A DNA stretch of 64,000 bases from a virus, in IMG/VR virus record IMGVR_UViG_3300042922_000542, positions 1-64,000 of that record, one strand, 5' to 3'. Made by a program: the position numbers and the translations under genes. Position 1 is the first letter of the stretch. Every line of letters begins with the position of its first letter. Positions 11,244 to 19,549 of the stretch are shown one piece after another. Below the pieces are notes generated by a model that worked only from the letters and a program-made list of their open reading frames with translations, was not told the DNA's origin and made no database searches.

Positions 11244-11546
11244 ATGGCAGCAATTATAAAAAATGTAGTAATCGATGAATTTGAAATACCTGAGGAGTTA
11301 GCCAAAGAACTTAGCTCATTATTAACAGAATCTTCTATTAAGAAAGCATTGCTTGTGGAATTAGTTGAAGTGCCGGCTAAATATGATATCATTGAAAATG
11401 CAGTAATTATACTTGAAGATAAAATAACTGCATTAAAGAATATGATCACTAGAGAATATGTTCCAAATCATTACAGATCTTCTGAATATTCTTGGAACTA
11501 TGATGGTTATGCCACTGCAGGTCGCATTGTTCAAATTATGAAATAA
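11244..11546 (+). CDS. hypothetical protein (100 aa)
   Basis: RBS AAAGGAG upstream. The opposite-strand ORF 11237-11449 has no RBS. Confidence 0.7.
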   Translation: MAAIIKNVVIDEFEIPEELAKELSSLLTESSIKKALLVELVEVPAKYDIIENAVIILEDKITALKNMITREYVPNHYRSSEYSWNYDGYATAGRIVQIMK

Positions 11547-11561
11547 CATATACTAAAAATA

Positions 11562-11585
11562 ATGGGGGACAATCAAGTCCCCCAT
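11562..11585. terminator. bidirectional terminator hairpin between convergent genes
   Basis: atggggga-caatcaag-tcccccat with T-rich tracts on both sides. Confidence 0.75.
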
Positions 11586-11607
11586 TATTATTTATTTTTT
11601 TATTTTA

Positions 11608-11901
11608 TTAGCAATTGCATCCACGACTAGTACAAGAGCAGCCATCATTATCTTCAACTAATATCATTCCGCAGTTATTGACAAACGAAATATACAAATC
11701 CGATTTTTTATCAGATGTAGACGAAACGTAGCCCTTACTTAATTCTTGTCTTAATACACTTAGACGAGTTGTTATATCAACCCATTCATTCGTGAATGAT
11801 TCATGCACGCCAACAAATTGTTCAACCGCATTAGCACGCCCAATCAATTCTAGTGGCAATACATTTGTATCAATTAATTCATATTGAACTTTCTTAACCA
11901 T
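11608..11901 (-). CDS. small protein with C-terminal Cys motif (CSCTSRGCNC); candidate radical-SAM substrate
   Basis: RBS CAGGAG placed immediately after the stop of the upstream Cys-rich gene. It is the last gene of the operon before the terminator. Four of its five Cys lie in the last 10 residues. Confidence 0.7.
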   Translation of the reverse strand: MVKKVQYELIDTNVLPLELIGRANAVEQFVGVHESFTNEWVDITTRLSVLRQELSKGYVSSTSDKKSDLYISFVNNCGMILVEDNDGCSCTSRGCNC

Positions 11902-11915
11902 TATATTTCTCCTGA

Positions 11916-13181
11916 TTAATAATTTATTTTTCTGAATGATCTCTGTTGATCTTCTCGATTCATAGGTTGAGGATATCCAATTGTAGTCGGTTCTGTATGA
12001 TATGATTTCTCTGAAATATCTGCAGATGTATTAGATTGTAAATACGTTGTACAATGTCCTACGCATGTACTAATGCATTTATCAGTACAATTATTAAAAC
12101 AATCTCTATTACAACTTGAGTCACACCACCAACCACATAAATTGGCACAATTAGAACAAGTACCCTGACATTTAACTGAGCATAAACCAATACACATACC
12201 CACACATGAGTAGCAAAGATCACTACAACCACCACATGAGTCAGTGCAATTATCATAACAATGATTCACACATTTATTTACGCATGTTTGAGTACAATAA
12301 ATATTACATGCTTGGCCACATTGAACCGAACATTGACTTGAACAAGGTCCACAATTAAATCCACAATTGTTAGCGCATGTTCTACATAATGATGAACATG
12401 CATTTGAACATAGTGCTGTACATGATTTACCAACACAATTAACACTACATGTATTTACACATGCACCCTTACTTGCACCGCATGATGAACGACAAGCTTC
12501 TAGATGACAACTCGTGTTACAATCCTTTTGACATAGACCGGTACACGAACCACCGCAATTTCCACATCCCGTTGATCCAGGCGGTTTAGCATCCTCTTGG
12601 GATGATGCATGACCATCACATGTTGTACATATACCAGTGTTTGCATTACAATCACTTGCACAATTTGTACAACCGCCACCACCAGAACTAGTAGTTGCAC
12701 ATTCTTCTCTACACGATGTTCCACATCCTGTGCATGCACCACTACAACCACTACAACCATCTCCAGTACTAGTGCCGCTACATCCTCCACCACAGGTACC
12801 ACCGCATCCACCTTCACATCCATTTCCACAACTAGAGCTACACATAGAACAGTCACCTGAACAACTTCCAGGGCAACTAGTATCTCCAGGATCTGGTGCA
12901 GCAGATGACGATCCTTTACAAGTACCAGTACAACCACTACACCCTCCACTGCATCCATTAGAACATGATCCGGACCCAGCATTACAAGTATCTCTACACA
13001 TACCTTTACATGTTGTACCACAACTATCAGAACTACAACCTGCACCGCATCTAGATTGACAAGATGTTCCACAACTACCACATCCAGTACCAATACTCTT
13101 TGTTGCTGTGGTACTACTAGAACTACTAGCAGCATCTTTTGCTTGTTTTATAGCACCTATTATTCCTGACAATAAACTCAT
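11916..13181 (-). CDS. hyper-cysteine-rich protein (421 aa, 78 Cys by hand count, mostly Cx3C spacing)
   Basis: RBS AAGGTGA. A Cys-free 33-aa N-terminus is followed by three Cys/Gly/Ser/Thr blocks separated by short Pro/Asp linkers, then a Cys-free 44-aa tail. The frame is chosen by RBS and operon context among several open frames. Confidence 0.8.
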   Translation of the reverse strand: MSLLSGIIGAIKQAKDAASSSSSTTATKSIGTGCGSCGTSCQSRCGAGCSSDSCGTTCKGMCRDTCNAGSGSCSNGCSGGCSGCTGTCKGSSSAAPDPGDTSCPGSCSGDCSMCSSSCGNGCEGGCGGTCGGGCSGTSTGDGCSGCSGACTGCGTSCREECATTSSGGGGCTNCASDCNANTGICTTCDGHASSQEDAKPPGSTGCGNCGGSCTGLCQKDCNTSCHLEACRSSCGASKGACVNTCSVNCVGKSCTALCSNACSSLCRTCANNCGFNCGPCSSQCSVQCGQACNIYCTQTCVNKCVNHCYDNCTDSCGGCSDLCYSCVGMCIGLCSVKCQGTCSNCANLCGWWCDSSCNRDCFNNCTDKCISTCVGHCTTYLQSNTSADISEKSYHTEPTTIGYPQPMNREDQQRSFRKINY

Positions 13182-13214
13182 TTATCAATCACCTTCTTTA
13201 CACAATGATCTGTA

Positions 13215-14852
13215 TCAAACACGTATACCCGTATTTGCATTACAATCTATTTTACATGTAGCTGTACAAGCACTAGTACAACCAAAACACGTTCCAGTAC
13301 ATGTTAAATTACATGATCCAGTACAACCATCACAAGCTGTACACCCATTTGAACATCCAGTGTCACAGTTACCACAATTATTACTGCAGGTTACAGTACA
13401 ATTATCGTAGCAACTATTTTTACAAGTACTGAAACATGACAATGTACATACACCCTCACATACACCAGCACAATCACCTGTACAATCTGCAACACAACCC
13501 TCTTTACACGATTGACCCTTTCCAGATTTATAACCACCATTATGTTCATTATCATTACTAATGCATCCACCAAAACAACTAGTTGAACAATATGTATTAC
13601 AAGTTGTAAAACATAATGCTGAGCATACTGAATCCCAACATGTCGTTTTTTTATTAGGATAATATTGACATGAGAATGAACATCCACTGCATGTATACGT
13701 TGATGATATTACTGTATTTTGGATAACTGCACTTGAGGCTGTCTGTCCACAATTATTACTACATCCGCTAGGGTTACCTGTAGATTTAATAGAAACTGTA
13801 TCAGCTCCTGCATTCAAACAAGATTTACCACCAATATCACTACATTTGGTTTTACATCCAGAATAACATTGTGTCGTACATCCTGTACATATATTACCAC
13901 AATCTGAATGACATGCATTACCGCATCTGCTCCAACATGTGGATGCACAACCTTCGGAACATTGATTATCACATGTTAGATAACATAAACCTGTACATGC
14001 TACATTACACAATCCTTTAGATCCTGTTGAAATTTGTCTTGATGGATATTCTGATCCTCTATTAGGGTTTCTAGGATTAGCTCCAAATCTAGATGCTGAA
14101 CTAATGCCACCTGTCACTTGATCAACTACTGTTTCATTTCGTTGATCGTCCTGAGTAATTATATGACGATGAACAATCGGTGAAACATATGGGTTTATCG
14201 GATGATGATCAATAACACCAGGACTTGCTCCATAATCATCATAGAAGTTAGTCTCATCAGGACCACTATGACCTGGTAATATTTCTTCACCATCATATTC
14301 TCCAGATGGATATTCTACTGGAACTGTTACGGTTTTACCATTATTTGCAATAGGGTATAAACCATATCCTGTATACATACCATTCGTAACTCCATTATTA
14401 GGGTCATATTTCTGAAAAGATTCAGTAACGGGCACATTTAAAATATCATTTTCAGCAGCTTCTATTTTTGTTGATATATCTTCAGGATCTCTAAACACTA
14501 AACCCGCAACCTCATCTCTGCCATAGAATAAATCTATGTCATGGATCTTAGATAAACCAACTAAATAGTTTTGTATTTCATCAACATCAATTCTAGCACT
14601 AGATGAATTAATATCTCCAACAGGATTATCTCCTTGCGCAGGATATTTGATATTTCTTGTAGGTTCTATGGATCCGGTAGATGGAGTATTAATGGTATAT
14701 GTTTTATCTGTGACTTCACTAGTCCTATCAGCTCCGACTGCAGGTGTAGTTAACGGATCCCACCATTTAAATGTTCCACGACGTTTAATCTCAGCATTTA
14801 ATTTATCCTTAATTGCATCAAATTCTGTTTTTGAATATAATTTATCATTCAC
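13215..14852 (-). CDS. two-part protein: Cys-free N-terminal domain (about 280 aa) plus C-terminal Cx3C lattice (52 Cys)
   Basis: No ATG near the 5' end. The track starts at GTG 14870. I prefer GTG 14852 because GAGGTG lies 6 nt upstream. The first Cys is residue 288 of the track ORF (nt 14009). The protein ends in ...CKIDCNANTGIRV. Confidence 0.75.
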   Translation of the reverse strand: MNDKLYSKTEFDAIKDKLNAEIKRRGTFKWWDPLTTPAVGADRTSEVTDKTYTINTPSTGSIEPTRNIKYPAQGDNPVGDINSSSARIDVDEIQNYLVGLSKIHDIDLFYGRDEVAGLVFRDPEDISTKIEAAENDILNVPVTESFQKYDPNNGVTNGMYTGYGLYPIANNGKTVTVPVEYPSGEYDGEEILPGHSGPDETNFYDDYGASPGVIDHHPINPYVSPIVHRHIITQDDQRNETVVDQVTGGISSASRFGANPRNPNRGSEYPSRQISTGSKGLCNVACTGLCYLTCDNQCSEGCASTCWSRCGNACHSDCGNICTGCTTQCYSGCKTKCSDIGGKSCLNAGADTVSIKSTGNPSGCSNNCGQTASSAVIQNTVISSTYTCSGCSFSCQYYPNKKTTCWDSVCSALCFTTCNTYCSTSCFGGCISNDNEHNGGYKSGKGQSCKEGCVADCTGDCAGVCEGVCTLSCFSTCKNSCYDNCTVTCSNNCGNCDTGCSNGCTACDGCTGSCNLTCTGTCFGCTSACTATCKIDCNANTGIRV

Positions 14853-14915
14853 ACTTATCACCTCAATCACATTTATATTTGCATTTATTTAATTTTAAAG
14901 AGTCTGCAAATTCAA

Positions 14916-16727
14916 TTATTGGTTTTCCAATACGGTAATTGTAGAACGAGCCACTATCATTTTTAATAATTTTAACTCTTCCTCATTAATAACCATCAAT
15001 GCCCATTCGTCGGGTAATTGTAATTTTCTTACTCCCAAATTATAATGTGGTTTCTTTATAGCTAACAGGTTCCAGTAATATACATTGGCTAAGTGTTCGG
15101 CAAACATTTGTAAACATATGAATTGAGTTCTCTTATTTGCAGTCCCATATGTTTGATGGCATAACCCACTACACCAAGAGCAAGAAGATCCAATTGGACA
15201 ATCATAACAAATATCATTTGATTGTGAACGCCTTGTTACACTATCCATCATCGACAATATTTCGGATCCTTCTTCTCTACCAACCATACCAGTATCAATA
15301 TGACCTATACATTGCTCTTTGCATTTCGTTCCAAGTGATGATGGCATATATCTAATACATGGATAAAATTTACCCTTGTAGTCTAGTGCCAACATTGATC
15401 CTAATCCTCCACACCAATTTTGATCCGAAGTGTGTTTAAGCCTAGTCTCAGGTTTATCATCGAATATAGCAATATATAGATGCTCTAAATTATTTTCCAG
15501 CAAGTAGTTCGCTAGTTTCTTTAATTGTTCATATTCTAGTGTAGCAGTTTCTTGTGTCCAAACATCTTCAAACACGCAGTTTAAATTGATAGATTCCATA
15601 TCCTCATTGATGAAATTAATAACTGAATCATATAAATATTTCATATTTTCTGGAGCCAATGTCATCTTTGAATTTCTTTCGGTAGTATGATATTTATTAA
15701 AATGATTTAATGCAAGAATATCGATATCATACGAGCCTTCACCATTAGGCTGGATTCTACATGAGTCTTGTAATTCTTTATTACCATCTATTGATATATT
15801 AAATGAAACATGTTTAGCATATTTTTTAAAGAAATCTTGCACGTCTCTATCAAAATATAACATCCCATTGGTACATATAGAAATTCTATGCATTGCAAAC
15901 CATGGATGGTTTAATTCATAGCATCTTTCTAAAAAATATTCATAAATCTTTTTGGTAAGATTAATTTCTAACAATGGGTCCCCACCAATAAACTCAATGA
16001 TTATTGCAGGTGAATTGTGTTTATTAATATAACTATATTCATCATTTAAAAGTTTATCGATAAATGCTTTAGCTGTTGGAAATTTCATTCTTCCACATGT
16101 TTTATTTATCTGATAACAATATGTGCAGGATAAATTACAATCCTCAGTTGTTTGGAATGTAAAGTTGTGTACATATATTGATGTATCCTTATTAGTAGGA
16201 TCTACTGTATCTTGAGTAAACAATTCAGGGTAAACTTTTTGAATGGCATCACTATAACTTTCAACATTAAATCTAAAAAATTGATTTGGCATTATATTAA
16301 ATACTTCATCATCCTTTATTTTATCATCAATATAATTTAAACAATTTTCATCATCAGATAATATTATTACATCAAATCCAATCTCTTGATTTTTGAAATC
16401 AATATGTTTAACAATTACCTCAGATATATTATCAATATTATATGAGGAAACTCCAGATGATTCGATTATATCATTTAAGAATACTGCAACTATTTCACAG
16501 AATCCATAACGTACCTCGTCCAAGATACTAGTAAGTTTTTCATGTAATTCCGGGATTTTATCTAGATCCTTATTATGGTCATACATATAATTTATTCTAA
16601 ATGATATCGCATCAGCTTCATATCGTAACCTGGTTGTTTTATGATACCCGAATGTCTGCATTTCAAATATATCGAATTGCTGATTGTATAATTTAATTTT
16701 TTTATATAATGCATTTGTCTCTTTCAT
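14916..16727 (-). CDS. radical SAM / SPASM-domain enzyme with about 190-aa N-terminal extension (603 aa)
   Basis: RBS AGGAGG. CNLSCTYC (CxxxCxxC) at nt 16116-16139. C-terminal GKFYPC ... CYDCPIGSSCSWCSGLC auxiliary-cluster pattern typical of SPASM proteins. Confidence 0.85.
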   Translation of the reverse strand: MKETNALYKKIKLYNQQFDIFEMQTFGYHKTTRLRYEADAISFRINYMYDHNKDLDKIPELHEKLTSILDEVRYGFCEIVAVFLNDIIESSGVSSYNIDNISEVIVKHIDFKNQEIGFDVIILSDDENCLNYIDDKIKDDEVFNIMPNQFFRFNVESYSDAIQKVYPELFTQDTVDPTNKDTSIYVHNFTFQTTEDCNLSCTYCYQINKTCGRMKFPTAKAFIDKLLNDEYSYINKHNSPAIIIEFIGGDPLLEINLTKKIYEYFLERCYELNHPWFAMHRISICTNGMLYFDRDVQDFFKKYAKHVSFNISIDGNKELQDSCRIQPNGEGSYDIDILALNHFNKYHTTERNSKMTLAPENMKYLYDSVINFINEDMESINLNCVFEDVWTQETATLEYEQLKKLANYLLENNLEHLYIAIFDDKPETRLKHTSDQNWCGGLGSMLALDYKGKFYPCIRYMPSSLGTKCKEQCIGHIDTGMVGREEGSEILSMMDSVTRRSQSNDICYDCPIGSSCSWCSGLCHQTYGTANKRTQFICLQMFAEHLANVYYWNLLAIKKPHYNLGVRKLQLPDEWALMVINEEELKLLKMIVARSTITVLENQ

Positions 16728-16797
16728 TATAATACCTCCTGTTATATATTAACTTTATTTAGCTTAATTCTTAGTAATATTAAAATCATATAAAGAT

Positions 16798-16821
16798 AAT
16801 GGATGGGCAATCCCATCCATT
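16798..16821 (-). terminator. hairpin (terminator or attenuator) inside the radical-SAM cluster
   Basis: aatggatggg-caat-cccatccatt, between the stop at 16826 and the start at 16727. Confidence 0.55.
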
Positions 16822-16825
16822 ATCA

Positions 16826-17662
16826 CTATCTATTATTTGATATGTATTCTTGATATATCATGGATAGTTCTTGATCAACTTTATTCCGCTCAGTTAATTT
16901 TGTATCATCATATTTTTGCTCGGATAACAATTGACCATTACAGTCCTTCGTTGAAATTACATAATGTGAATTGACATTAACGGTATTAATATTCTCAATA
17001 GTGATTTCATTATCGATAAAATAATTATCATAGATTAATTGTTTCATAATACTCATATAATGATCTCTAATAATATTGAAATCATCACTGACAAATCCAA
17101 ATTCAATTCGTTTAAATCCAATAGAAACTAAATTATTGATACTTTCTTTAAGATATCCAATATTAGATTTATTTAAAGTACAATGTGCAATTAGGTTAAT
17201 CCCACTCTTTATGAATTTGCCTATATTGTCTATTATATAATCATATGATCCTTTCCCGTTTTTAAGTATACGATTAATATTGTGCGATAATTTATTACCA
17301 TCTATTGAAATACATAATAAAATATTATATTTTTTAATGGTATTAATAATTTCATCTGAATACATCATACCGTTAGTTGAAGTTACAAATTTAAATTTAT
17401 ATTCAGAATAATGATCAATAATATATTTACATATTTGATTTAGTCGATCTATAAATAAAAATGGTTCACCGCCTAATAATTCAACAGTAATCGACCTACC
17501 CGTAATATGCAACATACTTTCATCGAATATCCGAATTATATCATCTATGGTACTATCTGATTCAATATCACTATCAAGCATATTATTATATACATAACAA
17601 TATTTACATCTCATATTGCAGAGCTTAGTAATATACATATTTATATGTCGACATTCAGACAT
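16826..17662 (-). CDS. radical SAM enzyme, short form without SPASM tail (278 aa)
   Basis: CNMRCKYC at nt 17597-17620 and a GGEP motif (LLGGEPF). The start overlaps the upstream stop as TAATG, which implies translational coupling. Confidence 0.85.
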   Translation of the reverse strand: MSECRHINMYITKLCNMRCKYCYVYNNMLDSDIESDSTIDDIIRIFDESMLHITGRSITVELLGGEPFLFIDRLNQICKYIIDHYSEYKFKFVTSTNGMMYSDEIINTIKKYNILLCISIDGNKLSHNINRILKNGKGSYDYIIDNIGKFIKSGINLIAHCTLNKSNIGYLKESINNLVSIGFKRIEFGFVSDDFNIIRDHYMSIMKQLIYDNYFIDNEITIENINTVNVNSHYVISTKDCNGQLLSEQKYDDTKLTERNKVDQELSMIYQEYISNNR

Positions 17663-18783
17663 TAATCATCATCCTTCAAATTAAATTTAATACGAATATT
17701 GTCATATCCAATTTTATTAATAAACATTTCAGATGCATCATAAAAAAGTTTTATTGCTTTACATACACCATCTATGGGTTCACATATATTTTTCTTACCA
17801 TGTTCCATTATTGCTGCAAAACATTGACCATAGCATACGCCATATAATTCACAATTTCTACATTTTGGAGATATATCATGTGAAAAGTTTTTATATATAT
17901 TTGCAATATTATTGGTTTCATCAATATCAGTAAATATGGAACCAAGTTTAGTATGTTCAAAGCGGTTATTGAAAAAACGTTGACAAGGATATATGTCACC
18001 ATTGGGTGCTAATGCAATTGTAGATGAACCAGCTGAACAGAAGTAGGTTCTACCGTGGGCTTTACATCTATATGGTAATAGTAAGCCAGTATCAAGAAAT
18101 GGAGTTTCCGAGTAAAATTTATCAACTAGAAATTCTACATATTCAATATAAAAATTCTTTAATCTCTCCAATTGCACATCATTCCAATCGCAATCTCGGA
18201 CAATACTCAAATTAATACGCCTGAATCCATCTTTGATGTAATCTTTAATACCATCTAGGACATAATCAATATTATCAGGTGATATCATAAATTTAAATAT
18301 TTTAGAGCTGATTGGTCTGTTATTAGCTTCACAATATAGTGTAGCACCTTTTATACAGTCATCATAGCTACCTTTACCATTTGGATATACCCGACATCTA
18401 TCATGGCTGCTTCTCCCACCATCTAGGGACATACTAATCCCTATTTCATTATTCTTGAGATATTCAACCTTCTCTTTATTTAATAATGTCAAATTACTTG
18501 TAGTCATAATTGCAATATTTACATCTGGTCGCATTTTTTTTACTTCATTGATATTATCAACTATTTTACAGAATTTTTCCCATTCCATTATAGCCTCTCC
18601 ACCGAATAAATCAATATGAAGAGATTTTATATCATTTTTAACGATAATATTATTAAGAAATACGGGCAAATATTCAATAACATCATCCGATATTGTTAAC
18701 CCGTTTGTTTTATTAACATAGCAATATTTACAACGCAAATTGCATTTCTCAGTTACAATAATAATGATTGTACTAATTTTCAT
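17662..18783 (-). CDS. radical SAM / SPASM-domain enzyme (373 aa)
   Basis: CNLRCKYC at nt 18721-18744. The C-terminus reads CSAGSSTIALAPNGDIYPC ... CRNCELYGVCYGQC, the canonical Cx2Cx5Cx3C SPASM pattern. Confidence 0.9.
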   Translation of the reverse strand: MKISTIIIIVTEKCNLRCKYCYVNKTNGLTISDDVIEYLPVFLNNIIVKNDIKSLHIDLFGGEAIMEWEKFCKIVDNINEVKKMRPDVNIAIMTTSNLTLLNKEKVEYLKNNEIGISMSLDGGRSSHDRCRVYPNGKGSYDDCIKGATLYCEANNRPISSKIFKFMISPDNIDYVLDGIKDYIKDGFRRINLSIVRDCDWNDVQLERLKNFYIEYVEFLVDKFYSETPFLDTGLLLPYRCKAHGRTYFCSAGSSTIALAPNGDIYPCQRFFNNRFEHTKLGSIFTDIDETNNIANIYKNFSHDISPKCRNCELYGVCYGQCFAAIMEHGKKNICEPIDGVCKAIKLFYDASEMFINKIGYDNIRIKFNLKDDD

Positions 18784-18794
18784 TTTTTATACCT

Positions 18795-19184
18795 CTAATT
18801 ATCACCTATTACCAAACCACATTGATCACAATCACATGCACATCTATCACAATTGCAAGAACATCTATCGCAATCACAATCACAATTATCGCAATTACAT
18901 TGACATGTATTATTGTATATTGTCGTAGCAGCTATACTGGCATTATTAAAAACTGTAGCAAGTATATATTTGCCTTGTTCAAAATTTATCAATGAACTAA
19001 GATCTGCCTTGGGATATACCGCTGAATGACCATTTGCAGCAACTAAATTATTTTTAATTGATGTAAACAAAGTGCTAGTTATTAAATTACCTTTCACGGC
19101 TCTTTCTGTATTTGCAGGTTGACCAAGTCGTATTCGAGTTTGATCAACCGATGCAGCAACAACATTTGCATCATCCGCTAACAT
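18795..19184 (-). CDS. protein with C-terminal alternating Cys tail CQCNCDNCDCDCDRCSCNCDRCACDCDQC; candidate radical-SAM substrate
   Basis: The track ORF begins at GTG 19217. I prefer ATG 19184 (AAAGG 7 nt upstream). There are 13 Cys within 27 residues near the C-terminus. The stop lies 9 nt before the RBS of the next radical-SAM gene. Confidence 0.75.
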   Translation of the reverse strand: MLADDANVVAASVDQTRIRLGQPANTERAVKGNLITSTLFTSIKNNLVAANGHSAVYPKADLSSLINFEQGKYILATVFNNASIAATTIYNNTCQCNCDNCDCDCDRCSCNCDRCACDCDQCGLVIGDN

Positions 19185-19194
19185 TTTCTGACCT

Positions 19195-19518
19195 TTAACT
19201 ATTGCCAATGTTATCACCCACTTTTACAATAAAATCAATAGACTCATATAAAATATCACTGATTGAGAAGTGATATATATTCTTTACAATATTACTTATA
19301 GATTTAACGATGGTACCATTTACCAATACCTGAACTGATTTTACTGGTTTATCCCTAAAATATTGATTTAAAACTGTACCTGTTGTTGGAACAACATCAT
19401 TTATGATACGTAATTGAGTTAATTCACTCCCAACATTCATAAAAAAATTTATCCCCGCAGTTTTATCAATTATAACATCTTCATCAATATATTCAATTTT
19501 TATTTTTACACCTTCCAT
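19195..19518 (-). CDS. hypothetical small protein (107 aa) within the radical-SAM cluster
   Basis: RBS AGGAGGG. No Cys motif. Function unknown. Confidence 0.7.
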   Translation of the reverse strand: MEGVKIKIEYIDEDVIIDKTAGINFFMNVGSELTQLRIINDVVPTTGTVLNQYFRDKPVKSVQVLVNGTIVKSISNIVKNIYHFSISDILYESIDFIVKVGDNIGNS

Positions 19519-19549
19519 AATTTAACCCTCCTGTTTATAATAATTAATC

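Noticed and set aside
12059-13687. Six additional long ORFs in other frames and on the plus strand across the Cys-rich genes (12059-12256, 12500-13135, 12609-12860, 12637-13059, 13108-13410, 13391-13687)
   Set aside because: They are shadow ORFs. The repetitive TGT/TGC-GGx-AGx/ACx codon composition removes stop codons from several frames. Their translations are low-complexity (Val/His/Leu/Pro/Thr runs). None has an RBS, and they break the operon logic. Only the Cys frames have RBSs placed directly after the preceding stops.
12051-14009. Possible DNA-level tandem repeat or minisatellite, or eukaryotic contamination (keratin-associated or metallothionein-like sequence)
   Set aside because: The 12-nt periodicity is compositional and the units are not identical at DNA level. 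The genes have bacterial RBSs, sit inside a tight phage operon and share the AT-biased third-codon usage of their neighbours.
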